Part shown: one piece after another, positions 50,302 through 60,613 of the stretch
Numbering within the stretch: position 1 is the stretch's first letter
Layout of the letters: each line of letters begins with the position of its first letter
From: Nostoc sp.
GTDB taxonomy: Bacteria; Cyanobacteriota; Cyanobacteriia; Cyanobacteriales; Nostocaceae
Direction: 5' to 3'
Assembly (NCBI GenBank): GCA_036918135.1
Contig: JBALDB010000020.1
Location: 77,099 to 141,098 of the forward strand
DNA length: 64,000 nt
Notes under the pieces: model-generated
Told to the model about the DNA's origin: nothing
What the model saw: the letters and a program-made list of their open reading frames with translations, nothing else
The model's database searches: none
Made by a program: the position numbers and the translations under genes

Positions 50302-50417
50302 TATGGCCGTAGTCACATAGGTTAAGACATAATGACTAAGCGTGAATGCTAGGAACAGTAATAGTTATACTTTTACCTCCTGCCTCCAGCAAGAACTGCC
50401 TTCTGCCTCCTGCTATA
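50302..50417. mobile_element. ~110-bp dispersed element with TATAGC-like ends (copy 2)
   Basis: Homologous to 44308-44416. Confidence 0.7.
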
Positions 50418-50502
50418 CAATAAATTTGTTGGGCATCTTGTTCGCACTGGACGGGCTAGATGCCCATCTTAGATAGGTGATGAGGGGTTTTCTATATATC
50501 TG

Positions 50503-51837
50503 TTAACTTCTTTGAAAACCCTTTGCTGACTTTTGTTGTCCCTTACTTTTCGGCTTAGATTTATTAACTTCTGCTAATGCTTCTTGAAATAAGTTGTGTA
50601 GATGTATCGGCACACTGGCAATTTCCGGTAACTCTGGTTCAAGAGGTTTGTTGAATTCTTGCAAAAGTGCGTCCAAGTCACTTTCAAGGCGAAACTCTGG
50701 ACGTTGCAGATATTTTTGCAATACCTTTTCTAATTGAGTTGGATACTGTTGTGCTAATCTATGCCAAATAAAGGCATTAATACTTTTGTCTTCAAGGTAG
50801 TAGCGAATTAGTTTTTCACCACCTTCAATACTTTGCCAATCCTCTGCCAATAAAATTGTTTGTACCTTAGTATACGTTGGTAAAAACATTTGTCCCCAAC
50901 GAGGATGAGAAAGAGCCGTTACCTGTTCTGCTTTCTTAAGTTCAGCAGGTAAATCAACCTTGGGCATTACCATTTTAGTATTGCTCTTTTTGTTATTAAA
51001 TATCTGAGCAACGGCGTTGGAGTCAGCACCAAATTCTGCTGCTGCGGCTTTGATTTCCTCATCATCAATGCCAGCTTCCTCTGCTACTTCCGCTAGAGAT
51101 TTGGAAGTATCAATTCCTGCTGCTGCCAAGGTTTTTTCAGTAATTACTTCTTGGAATTCTGCTATTTTTTTATTTAGCTGGTAACCGGGTAACGTAATCT
51201 CATCAGTACCAAAAAAGTCAATAAACTGTTGATGATATTGTGCTACTGATTGCCAAGCTTCCTCTAGCAAGTCGGGAGCATCGCTGTAAAGATTACTTTT
51301 ATAGTTTTCTTTGAAATTACCAATTGCCACAGCAAGTTTTGGTTTACCCAATTTACCCATGAGTGTGTAAGGGCCAGAGAACATCCAATAGCTGTCAGTA
51401 ACAGGAGAAATGCGAGTTAATAAGATTTCTCCAACTTTCAAGCGAGATATTGCCTGCAATGTTTGAGGATTGTTTGGTTTGACTATGTAATGTTTATCTG
51501 TCAACCAGTTGGTTAATTCAAAGCCATCAGGTAGAATGTTAGTAATGGCAAATAAGCCAATAAAACTACAATGCCAACTGTTAATTAAGTTGCGATCGCT
51601 CTGGTCTAAATCTGGCTCGCTTTCAACGAACAACTCTAATGGTGAGTGTTCGCCGACTTTTCCTTCTGTGAGAAAGCGATCGATGATTAAGTCCTGCTGT
51701 GTACTGTCACCACTTCCACGACGCAGTTGTGCAGCTGCATAAGTTTCCAGTGCTTGCGCGAGTTCGCCTTCTGCATCTAGGACAAAATCAACTAAGGCTT
51801 GTTTTAATTCGTGCGATCGTTCTAATATAGCATCCAC
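50503..51837 (-). CDS. Conserved cyanobacterial hypothetical protein
   Basis: 444-aa ORF with HIP1 sites and a typical cyanobacterial C-terminal KGF motif; no catalytic motif recognised. Confidence 0.75.
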   Translation of the reverse strand: MDAILERSHELKQALVDFVLDAEGELAQALETYAAAQLRRGSGDSTQQDLIIDRFLTEGKVGEHSPLELFVESEPDLDQSDRNLINSWHCSFIGLFAITNILPDGFELTNWLTDKHYIVKPNNPQTLQAISRLKVGEILLTRISPVTDSYWMFSGPYTLMGKLGKPKLAVAIGNFKENYKSNLYSDAPDLLEEAWQSVAQYHQQFIDFFGTDEITLPGYQLNKKIAEFQEVITEKTLAAAGIDTSKSLAEVAEEAGIDDEEIKAAAAEFGADSNAVAQIFNNKKSNTKMVMPKVDLPAELKKAEQVTALSHPRWGQMFLPTYTKVQTILLAEDWQSIEGGEKLIRYYLEDKSINAFIWHRLAQQYPTQLEKVLQKYLQRPEFRLESDLDALLQEFNKPLEPELPEIASVPIHLHNLFQEALAEVNKSKPKSKGQQKSAKGFQRS

Positions 51838-51979
51838 AAGTTAATCTCTCGGTGCAACAGATGTAAATTATAGCTTTTAACAAAATATAATGCTTGAATA
51901 GGGTATTTAGCCACTTTTTGTTATTTTTTTGGCAAAGCGAATCGCTTATGGGTTAAGAATCTCCTTTTTTACTGCAAAA

Positions 51980-52510
51980 CTATAAAATACTTGGCCAGGA
52001 AAGAGTCAGCAACATGATTAAATTACTTGACCAAAACCCAAGCAGCAACCACAAAATACTACTAATTATCCTCAAATTCGCTTGAGATAAATTAGTAGTT
52101 TTAAGAGATTGCTGCTCGTGCCAAAGTTGCCAAACTCGAAATGCAGTGTAAAGCGTACCAATAATAACTACTAAACTTTTTAACCAAACGCTACTAACTA
52201 TATTTTCAGTGAGAATTTGGATGACAATAACTAACAAATAGAAACCAAATATTTTCCGAATTTGAGGATTTTTTAACCAAACAAGAAATACAATCGTGGG
52301 AAGAACAAGTCCAATTGCGATCGCTAATAATATCCAGACATGAATAAATTTCACTCCCGCATCGCTATAGTTAATCACTGGACTAATTGGTAATATTCCA
52401 ATTGAGGTCAACCAACCCACAACTACGGTAACCAGGGTTGCCAGTACGATAAAGATGAATGTCGTTCTCCAAGTCATTAATTGTTTGCTCCACAGTCCCC
52501 GCGTCATCAT
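51980..52510 (-). CDS. Hypothetical integral membrane protein (~5 TM)
   Basis: 176 aa, highly hydrophobic, HIP1 site inside. Confidence 0.7.
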   Translation of the reverse strand: MMTRGLWSKQLMTWRTTFIFIVLATLVTVVVGWLTSIGILPISPVINYSDAGVKFIHVWILLAIAIGLVLPTIVFLVWLKNPQIRKIFGFYLLVIVIQILTENIVSSVWLKSLVVIIGTLYTAFRVWQLWHEQQSLKTTNLSQANLRIISSILWLLLGFWSSNLIMLLTLSWPSIL

Positions 52511-52625
52511 CTGTAATTCTATTTTGGAGAATTGGTATTAATTATTCAAAATTACTGTAAAAAATTTGATCCAAGGAGTGGTAGATATTATGAAAAATTC
52601 AAATTAAAAATTCAATAATTCCAAA

Positions 52626-54215
52626 TTATCTTGGGGGATAATACTGCGGATTAATAATTGGAGATGAATAACCATTTGTGGGTACAGGACTGATAATCGG
52701 AGGTTGATAGCCGTTCATGGGTACGTTGCTTGTAGTACCGTTAGGTAAAACAGGATTGACAATCTGGGGTTGATAACGGTTGGCAGGTATAGTGCTTGTA
52801 GTACCGCTAGGTGTAAGAGCATTTTGGCTAAACTCTTGGTAAGCAGCCCGAGATATTGAGCTAATCAGTTTTTCAGCGCGAGGGTCGTTATTGGGGCGTC
52901 GTACCATCACAGCAGCTACATAGCGCTTGCCAGTGGGAACAACAATTAAACCTGCATCTGCCAGCATTGTGCCAATATCACCTGTTTTATGGTATACTCT
53001 AGCGCCTGTTCCCAAACCAGATGGCAGCAGAGTGTCTTTCTGGGTGCGCCGCAAGATATCAAGCATTAAATCGCGTGATGGCACACTAACTAAATTTCCC
53101 TGACTAACAATTGCCATCAAATTCCCTAGTTCTTTGGGACTAGTGGTGTTTGTCCCTTCCAAATCTGGCAGTTGATTGCGAATCACTGTCGTTGTCAATC
53201 CCCAACTGCGGAAACGCTGGTTTAAAGCGTCTATCCCTCCTAGTCGGGCAATTAGCATATTTGTGGCTGTATTATCGCTGATGGTAATCATTTTAGTGGC
53301 GACTTCCAGAGCAGCGTACTGGGTTCCGGCTGGTTTGTATTGCAGATTTCCCGAACCACCTGCGATCGCATCTTGCTGCATGGTCAGCATTTCATCGAGG
53401 CGAATTTTGCCTGCATCCACATCTTGGAAAAAAGCAATTAGAATCGGCAATTTGATTGTGCTAGCTGCCGGAAAACTGGTAGAGGCATCGATATCTACAT
53501 AATTACCAGTATCCAAATCTACTAAGAAAACTCCAGGTGTGAGATTTGGGTTGCTAGCAGTCAAATTCTGTACCGCATTTTTTAAGGGAGTAATTTCCTG
53601 AGATAAATATAGGCTCGAAGACCCAGCTGGGGGAGTAGGGGTGGGCTGTTGTGGCTGCGATTGTCCCGCATTAGTATTAGTAGATTGCGGCACTGAATTT
53701 GTAGTGATGCGATTAGCCGGGTCTAATATAGACAACACAGTGCCCACGATTGCTCCCATACCAACACCCACAATCAACAACCGCAGAACATACAATATGG
53801 TTTTGGCCGTTGGCTTTAACTGCGTCTTCCGCGATGAACGCCTGCTGGTTTTTGGCTTTTCCATCCGCACTGTTTTTACTCTTGCAGTACCTGGTTGCAA
53901 GGGAGTTCCCTTTAGGGTCGGTATTGGTTTGACTGCCGCTGGCATGAGTAACTCCGATTTTACCTTGCGTGTAGCCGTTGGGATTGCCGGAGGACTGATG
54001 CGATTTTTTGGGCGTGCTAGCGCCGTTTTACCAGCAACAACTTGCTGCTGGTTATTAGCTTTTACTTTCTTGGGTGCCACTTTTTGAACCTTTTGTGGAC
54101 GCTGGCGGCGGTTTAAGGGTTGACGCCGCGAGAAAGCTGTTAGTTCGTCACTCGACTCTGACACTGTTACTCCTTGTGACCCACTGGACTGTTTTCTTGC
54201 AGACTCCTGACCCAA
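52626..54215 (-). CDS. Class A beta-lactamase-like serine hydrolase (cyanobacterial PBP-A type); start probably GTG at ~54167
   Basis: ASTIK (SxxK), SDN and HKTG motifs; basic N-terminus, TM anchor, Pro-rich tail. Confidence 0.9.
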   Translation of the reverse strand: MGQESARKQSSGSQGVTVSESSDELTAFSRRQPLNRRQRPQKVQKVAPKKVKANNQQQVVAGKTALARPKNRISPPAIPTATRKVKSELLMPAAVKPIPTLKGTPLQPGTARVKTVRMEKPKTSRRSSRKTQLKPTAKTILYVLRLLIVGVGMGAIVGTVLSILDPANRITTNSVPQSTNTNAGQSQPQQPTPTPPAGSSSLYLSQEITPLKNAVQNLTASNPNLTPGVFLVDLDTGNYVDIDASTSFPAASTIKLPILIAFFQDVDAGKIRLDEMLTMQQDAIAGGSGNLQYKPAGTQYAALEVATKMITISDNTATNMLIARLGGIDALNQRFRSWGLTTTVIRNQLPDLEGTNTTSPKELGNLMAIVSQGNLVSVPSRDLMLDILRRTQKDTLLPSGLGTGARVYHKTGDIGTMLADAGLIVVPTGKRYVAAVMVRRPNNDPRAEKLISSISRAAYQEFSQNALTPSGTTSTIPANRYQPQIVNPVLPNGTTSNVPMNGYQPPIISPVPTNGYSSPIINPQYYPPR

Positions 54216-54338
54216 AACTTAACCTTCAAGCAATAATAATCCTCAAATTCCACTTTGCCACTAAGTAGCATTTTTGTGTTTAATTTAAGCCATATTAAAT
54301 ATTTTGGGGGGATGATTGCGTATATATTAAACTAATAA

Positions 54339-55079
54339 TCAGAAGTTTTCACCATCCCTCTCGCTTTTAAGCATCCATTCTACCTGGCGTAAAATTCCTC
54401 GCAGCATTGCTACTTCGCCAGTTTGCAGCCCAGCGCGATTATACAGTTGGCGGAATTTTTCCATGCGACTAGCTGCGGTATGTGGATATAAATAACCAAT
54501 TTTCAGTAGCAATGATTCTAATTGCTGGTAGTATGCTTCCACAACATCTAAAGATGCGAGTTCGCTTTGGACTAAGGTTTGAGTTTCTCTTGGCTGGGCA
54601 GATTGTGACAATTCATAACAGCAGATTGCTACAGCAGTAGCTAAATTCAAGGATAGATAATTTTGACTTGTGGGAATGCAAACAAACCGCTGAGCATAAT
54701 TTAATTCTTCATTGCTTAATCCCCGGTCTTCTCTACCAAATATCAAGGCTGCGGGTTTTTCTGGTTCCTCCAGTAGCCAGGGTAGTGCAGTGCGGGGGTT
54801 TTCTAAAGGTATTTCCCAACTACGAATGCGACCTGTGGTAGCGATCGCCCTGACACATCCATGCAATGCTTCTGGTAAGGTTGCCACTACTACCGCAGAT
54901 TCTAAAATTTCTTTGGCATGAACAGCCATCATTAAAGCTTCCGCTGATAGGGGATCGCATTGGGGATTTACTAATACTAAATTATCTAGCCCGAAATTTT
55001 TCATTACCCTAGCGATCGCGCCGAGATTTATCGGCCCAGCTGGCTCTACCAACACAATTCTTAATCCAGCTAAGCTCAT
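54339..55079 (-). CDS. trmJ: TrmJ/LasT family SPOUT tRNA methyltransferase
   Basis: NLGAIARVMKNFG, IFGREDRGLSNEEL and SLNLATAV motifs. Confidence 0.92.
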   Translation of the reverse strand: MSLAGLRIVLVEPAGPINLGAIARVMKNFGLDNLVLVNPQCDPLSAEALMMAVHAKEILESAVVVATLPEALHGCVRAIATTGRIRSWEIPLENPRTALPWLLEEPEKPAALIFGREDRGLSNEELNYAQRFVCIPTSQNYLSLNLATAVAICCYELSQSAQPRETQTLVQSELASLDVVEAYYQQLESLLLKIGYLYPHTAASRMEKFRQLYNRAGLQTGEVAMLRGILRQVEWMLKSERDGENF

Positions 55080-55140
55080 TTTTTGCCTCCGGCGATCGTA
55101 CTTAAAAATATTTTTAGGCTAGTTCAAAGTATTCTTAAGA

Positions 55141-55486
55141 TTATTCTAAAGGTAAGTTACCTGCTTTAATCTATTACCACTAAGTGTTCAATACGTTCAT
55201 ACTCATTTAGTTCTTGTAACTCGGTGGATGTGAGTGTACCTGCTTGAGAGCGTGCTAGCAAAGTACGCAACCGTTCTTGCATTTCGGGAGCTGGTTTAAA
55301 TTCCACAATTTGTTCAGGAGTAGGATTGCTGACGAGAAAATCGAGGATACATTGGTAAACTTGTGCTGGTATCGCTGGTTGTTGGAGGCTCAAAGCAAGT
55401 AGTTCAGGTAAGCGATCGCCTACTTGTACTAGTTGTTGAGATAATTCCTCTGATATTTCTAGGGTAATTCTCGGCATGGGACGCAA
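55141..55486 (-). pseudogene. Small cyanobacterial antitoxin-like protein with C-terminal frameshift (ORF 55166-55486; start probably ATG at 55477)
   Basis: MPRITLEISEEL...LDFLVSNPTPEQI...ELNEYERIEHL family. The minus strand reads gtg gta atA g att aaa gca ggt aac tta cct; removing one A restores ...VVMIKAGNLP. Confidence 0.6.
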
Positions 55487-55651
55487 AATTAGCGATCGCT
55501 CCTACGGCGGAAAATGGAGGTATTACACATTTAGGTAGAAGGGGCTAAGCAGAGTATTATGAAGAATTTTTACTTTGCTCAACACGAAATCTTCCCCAAA
55601 TCAAGTAATTAATGTATATAATTATGCATCAGGTTTTGAAAGCTTGGAGGA

Positions 55652-56644
55652 GTGATGGCTAAAGTTGTTGCCTTTTTTAACCATAAAGGAGGTGTAGGAA
55701 AGACAACTATTTTATTTAATGTTGCAATTGCCCTAGCTCAAGTAGGCAAAAAGGTCATTCTATTCGATGCTGACTCCCAAGCTAACCTTACAGCTCTCGC
55801 TGTTACTGAACAGAAATATCAAGAGTCATTGGATAAAGAAATAACTATTTGGTCGGCACTTGAACCATTGGTCACTGGTGCTGGTGATTTCAATTGTGTT
55901 GAGCCTCTTTCATTACGAAGCAACTTATGGCTTGTCCCTGGTGATATTCGACTTGCTGATTTTGAAGGAATATGTCCAACTGGATGGACTGAAGCACTCG
56001 CAGGTGAAGCACGTGGATTTCGCGTGACCACAGCTCTCTACCGTCTTTTTCAACAGACAGCAAATATTAAAAGTGCTGATTTTGTACTTGTAGACTTAGG
56101 CCCCAATGTAAACGCACTGAATCGTAATGCACTCATTTCCTCAGATGGATTTATTATTCCTCTTGCAGCAGACTTATTCTCAGTAAGGGCACTTCCAAGT
56201 GTTGGATACAGTATTGCCAATTGGGTACGTCAATGGCATACTGCCTTAAAAAATAAACCAAAAACTGTTACTTTTGAGCTTCCCACCTGTGAATCTGTTC
56301 CTATTCCGTTAGGTTACGTAAGTCAACAATTTTCAGTCTTTTCTAGTTCTCCAGCTGAAGCTTTTCGAGTGTGGCAAGATAAAATTCCTGTTGCCTATCA
56401 AGAAGGAGTTGTCTTTCCTTTAAAAGCAATAAAATTACCAGTAAACGAGCAAGAAACAGAGCCTTTAATCGCACTCAAGTACCTCTCGTCCCTGGTTCCT
56501 AAAGCTCAACAAGCGCACAAAGCTATTTTTGAATTAAATGGATCTGAAGCTCGTGGGGCACATTTTAAACGCTCAAAAGACACTCGTGAAATATTTTTGA
56601 AGCTTGCAGAAATAATCATTGCTCGTCTTGAAAATGCCGTATGA
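55652..56644 (+). CDS. ParA/Soj/MinD-like ATPase (AAA_31 type)
   Basis: Deviant Walker A NHKGGVGKTT, FDADSQANLT, DFVLVDLGPN, IPLAADLFS. Confidence 0.9.
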   Translation: MMAKVVAFFNHKGGVGKTTILFNVAIALAQVGKKVILFDADSQANLTALAVTEQKYQESLDKEITIWSALEPLVTGAGDFNCVEPLSLRSNLWLVPGDIRLADFEGICPTGWTEALAGEARGFRVTTALYRLFQQTANIKSADFVLVDLGPNVNALNRNALISSDGFIIPLAADLFSVRALPSVGYSIANWVRQWHTALKNKPKTVTFELPTCESVPIPLGYVSQQFSVFSSSPAEAFRVWQDKIPVAYQEGVVFPLKAIKLPVNEQETEPLIALKYLSSLVPKAQQAHKAIFELNGSEARGAHFKRSKDTREIFLKLAEIIIARLENAV

Positions 56645-57636
56645 CTATTTTCCTTGATACAAATGTTGTACCGTATAAAAGTGGAATATCAATTCGCTTT
56701 GAAACCATTCAAGTTTTAGCACAGGAATGTAGTCAAGATATAGCGATTCCAGAGCTTGTATTAAGGGAGTCTGTAGCTCATCGACAACGGGAGATTGAAG
56801 ATGCTTTTGGAACACTTAAAAGAGCATACGAAAAAGCAAGAATCTATTTGAATGGAATTGCAGAGCCAAACTTACCATGCTCTAAAGATTTGGCTGAATC
56901 ATGGTGCTGTAATTTAAAGGAAAAAGTCAAGATTTTAGAGACACCTAAAAATGCTTTTGAGGAAGGTATTTTTCGAGAAATTCAACGTATTAGACCTACT
57001 CGTGAGGGAAGAGGCGCTCGCGATGCAGTTATTTGGCTAACAATAAAGCAAGCACATTTCTTGAGTGATAGTGTTAACTACTTTGTTTCAGAAAATATAA
57101 AAGATTTTGCGTCTTCTGATAAACACACTTTACATGAAGACCTTAAAATGGAGATTATCGAACATCCAATACCCCTCATCTACTGTAATTCTCTCGATAG
57201 TCTCTTGAAAAAAATAGCGAATGAAGTAAAACCTGGAATAAATATTACAGAGCAACTAATAAATTCTTCAGATAATTTACAAGAAGCTCTTCGTCGAGCA
57301 ATTCGAGATAATCTAATTATTAGAGAAATGTTTCCTACATTACCCCTTGGTAAAGAATATATATCAAGTACTATAACTCCTTCACTATATAAGGTTAAAA
57401 GTTCAGCAACATACCGAATTGGTGAGCGCAATGTCGTAGTTGCAGAAATCAATTGTAATGCAAGCTTTACAATTGGAGTTCTACAACAATCGTCAGGAGG
57501 AGGTTTTTTGACACTTCAATATCCAGCAGATTTATCACTCTATATTCGTTTTTGGATGAGGTTTGAAAACCAAGAGGAACTACCAGTAAAAGCAGAAGTA
57601 TCCTACATAAACATTAAATCTCCTGTTAACTATTAG
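56641..57636 (+). CDS. PIN-domain nuclease (DUF4935-like) with C-terminal extension
   Basis: IFLDTNV, IPELVLRE, ARDAVIWLT and VSENIKDF supply the acidic PIN residues; ATGA overlap with the ParA stop. Confidence 0.8.
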   Translation: MTIFLDTNVVPYKSGISIRFETIQVLAQECSQDIAIPELVLRESVAHRQREIEDAFGTLKRAYEKARIYLNGIAEPNLPCSKDLAESWCCNLKEKVKILETPKNAFEEGIFREIQRIRPTREGRGARDAVIWLTIKQAHFLSDSVNYFVSENIKDFASSDKHTLHEDLKMEIIEHPIPLIYCNSLDSLLKKIANEVKPGINITEQLINSSDNLQEALRRAIRDNLIIREMFPTLPLGKEYISSTITPSLYKVKSSATYRIGERNVVVAEINCNASFTIGVLQQSSGGGFLTLQYPADLSLYIRFWMRFENQEELPVKAEVSYINIKSPVNY

Positions 57637-57952
57637 TGTATTTAATAAGTAAAATTAGTCTCTAGTATTATTTGTACTAATAAAAAACAGTTCTTGTAGA
57701 TGGCGACCAGAACCGTACTGCACTGGCTTGGTCAAAACGCAGCTCATTCACTTTCCCCACTGTGGAATGTGCAATTATCTTAACCTCTCACGGATAGAGT
57801 TAGTTCAAGTGATCGCTCATTAAAAGCTGACTTACAAATATTCGTGGCACTCATATTCAAAGATTAAGCAGTCGGATAAATGCTGCTTAACCCCAACAAA
57901 AACGAACCTGTAATGTTTTAAGCTGTATGATGTCGCTTGATTTCATTCAAAA

Positions 57953-60613
57953 ATGCCACGGCAAGCCAAAATCAAAAGCTCCACCAAACGCTGGTTTCCT
58001 CAGATTCTTAAAATAACTTTGATTGTGTTATTAGTCCTGGGGCTATTATTAATGGGACTTGCTACTCACATTGTGCGCCAATCATTTCCCCAAGAAAGTG
58101 GCACAATTCAACTACCTGGATTGAAAGCCGAAGTAAGCATTGAGCGCGATAAATGGGGAATCCCCCATATTTATGCTGCTAACTCCCACGATTTATTCAT
58201 GGCACAGGGTTACATTCACGCCCAAGACCGCTTTTGGCAAATGGATTTTTGGCGACACATTGGTTCTGGGCGACTCTCAGAAATGTTTGGTGAGTCTCAA
58301 GTTGATACTGATAAATATCTGCGAACAATGGGTTGGGCGAGGGTAGCGCAGCAAGAAATCCAGCTGATTAATGCAGAGATGAAAGCCTACTTGGAAGCTT
58401 ATGCTGATGGTGTCAACGCTTATTTAGCAAAACATCAAGGCAGCACCTTGAGTTTAGAATATGCTGTGCTAAAATTCCTCAATCCAGGATATCAGCCAGA
58501 GCCTTGGCAAATACTACATTCTCTGACTTGGGGTAAGGTGATGGCTTATGATTTGAGCAGAAATTTCCAGAATGAAATTGAACGTGCAATACTGCTTAAA
58601 ACCCTCACTCCTACTCAAGTAGAAGAACTTTTTCCGCCGTATCCTCAAGATTTACCAGTGATTTTGCCGGAGTTCGAGAAGAAAGAGAATAAAAAGAGTT
58701 CTTTCCCTGCCTCAGAGCGTCTCCCCGTCGCCGCGTCTTCTTCCCTCTTCTCTGCTTTAGAGGCAATTACTCAGCCGATGATGGCTTTAGAAAAATTAAT
58801 TGGTTCTACGGGAATTGGCATTGGTTCAAATAATTGGGTGATATCTGGCAAACGCACGGCTACAGGGAAGCCGATTTTGGCGAATGATCCCCACTTGGGT
58901 GTGCAAATTCCTTCTATTTGGTATGAGGTTGGTTTACACTGTACGCCTAAGAGTGCAGAATGTCCTTATAATGTTGCTGGTTTTTCCTTTGCAGGAACGA
59001 TTGGAGTAGTTATCGGTCATAGCGATCGCATTGCCTGGGGTGTAACTAATGTCCAATCTGATGTTATGGATTTATACATCGAGAAAATCAACCCAAAAAA
59101 CCCCAACCAGTATGAGGTAAATGGTAAATGGGTTGATATGCAACTCGTTCCAGAGACGATTCAAGTTGCAGGAAGTCAGCCAATCGTGCAAACGGTGCGC
59201 TATACTCGACACGGGCCGATTCTCTCTGATGTTTCACCGAATCTCCAGCAGTTCCAACCCAGTCATAGTAAGTTACATTCAGAAATAGCATTTAAAAATA
59301 AAGAATATACCGAAGTAACATCCCCCTCATCTGCCTCATTTTCCCAATTGAATGTAACTCGCTATCAGCCCCTAGAATTACCGCCAAATTATGCCGTCGC
59401 CCTACGTTGGACAGCCTTAGAACCTTCCAAGCTAGGGTATGCTATTCCCCAGATGAATCGTGCCCAAAACTGGCAGGAATTCCGCACTGCTGCCAGTAAC
59501 TACGATGTCCCGGCTCAAAATTTGGTCTATGCTGACGTTGATGGCAACATTGGCTACCAAATGCCTGGTAAATTTCCGATTCGAGCTAAGGGAGATGGAC
59601 GTTATCCGGTTCCTGGTTGGACGGATGAGTATGAGTGGCAGGGCTATATTGATTTTGATGAATTACCTAAAAGTTTCAATCCAGCCGCAGGTTTTATTGT
59701 TACTGCGAATAATTCAGTTATGCGTGAATACCCTTATTTAATTACCGCAGACTGGGTTTATGGCTATCGGGCAAAGCGGATTGTCGAGATGATTTTACAA
59801 CAAACTCAGCCGATTTCCCTTAAAGATGTACAGCGCATACAGGGTGATAATCGCAATCTGAATGCACAAACCTTAGTACCACTACTACAATCAATCGCAG
59901 TCGATACACCCCGCTTACAAACAGCCCAAAAACTGCTACGAGATTGGAATTTGCAGTTGGGAATGACATCGCCTGCTGCGGCTCTATTTGAAGTATTCTG
60001 GAAACACTTGCTAGCAGATACATTTGACGATGGATTGCCTCAAAAATACTTTCCCGATGGCGGCGATCGCTGGTATGCTGTGATAGCAAATCTGGTCAAA
60101 CAGCCTGATAGTTCTTGGTGGGATAATCGCAACACCCCAAAAGTTGAGAACCGCGATCAAATCCTCCGGGAATCCTTAACTAAAGCTGTGGCTGAACTAG
60201 AACGTATTCAAGGTAAAGACCCAAAAAACTGGAATTGGGGCAAACTGCATACTGTTACTTTTCGTAATGCCACCTTAGGTAAATCTGGGGTTGCACCAAT
60301 TGAAGCTTTATTCAATCGTGGTGCTTTTGCGACGGCGGGTAACGGCGAAACAGTAAATGCTAACCGTTGGCAGGCGAACAAATCCTTTGAAGTTACAGAT
60401 ATTCCTTCACTGCGGATGATTGTAGATTTGGGAAATTTGGATAACTCACTCTTCATTCACACCCCCGGACAATCAGGTCATGCGTTCCATAGGCACTACA
60501 AGGATATGGTTGAGCCTTGGCGTCAGATTGAATACCACTGCATGTGGCAACAAAAGAATGTTACAGCAAATACTACTGTGACATTGAAGTTAATACCAAA
60601 AATGGCAGAATAA
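57953..60613 (+). CDS. Penicillin acylase family Ntn-hydrolase (peptidase S45)
   Basis: RDKWGIPHIYA, GYIHAQDRFWQMD, GSNNWV, ANDPHL, TANN and PGQSG motifs; N-terminal TM. Confidence 0.94.
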   Translation: MPRQAKIKSSTKRWFPQILKITLIVLLVLGLLLMGLATHIVRQSFPQESGTIQLPGLKAEVSIERDKWGIPHIYAANSHDLFMAQGYIHAQDRFWQMDFWRHIGSGRLSEMFGESQVDTDKYLRTMGWARVAQQEIQLINAEMKAYLEAYADGVNAYLAKHQGSTLSLEYAVLKFLNPGYQPEPWQILHSLTWGKVMAYDLSRNFQNEIERAILLKTLTPTQVEELFPPYPQDLPVILPEFEKKENKKSSFPASERLPVAASSSLFSALEAITQPMMALEKLIGSTGIGIGSNNWVISGKRTATGKPILANDPHLGVQIPSIWYEVGLHCTPKSAECPYNVAGFSFAGTIGVVIGHSDRIAWGVTNVQSDVMDLYIEKINPKNPNQYEVNGKWVDMQLVPETIQVAGSQPIVQTVRYTRHGPILSDVSPNLQQFQPSHSKLHSEIAFKNKEYTEVTSPSSASFSQLNVTRYQPLELPPNYAVALRWTALEPSKLGYAIPQMNRAQNWQEFRTAASNYDVPAQNLVYADVDGNIGYQMPGKFPIRAKGDGRYPVPGWTDEYEWQGYIDFDELPKSFNPAAGFIVTANNSVMREYPYLITADWVYGYRAKRIVEMILQQTQPISLKDVQRIQGDNRNLNAQTLVPLLQSIAVDTPRLQTAQKLLRDWNLQLGMTSPAAALFEVFWKHLLADTFDDGLPQKYFPDGGDRWYAVIANLVKQPDSSWWDNRNTPKVENRDQILRESLTKAVAELERIQGKDPKNWNWGKLHTVTFRNATLGKSGVAPIEALFNRGAFATAGNGETVNANRWQANKSFEVTDIPSLRMIVDLGNLDNSLFIHTPGQSGHAFHRHYKDMVEPWRQIEYHCMWQQKNVTANTTVTLKLIPKMAE

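Noticed and set aside
52626..54215. Acquired beta-lactam resistance gene
   Set aside because: Membrane-anchored cyanobacterial PBP-A-like protein with HIP1 in a housekeeping context, with no mobility signs.
55652..56644. Plasmid or chromosome partition locus
   Set aside because: No parB, parS or rep gene; the partner is a PIN protein.
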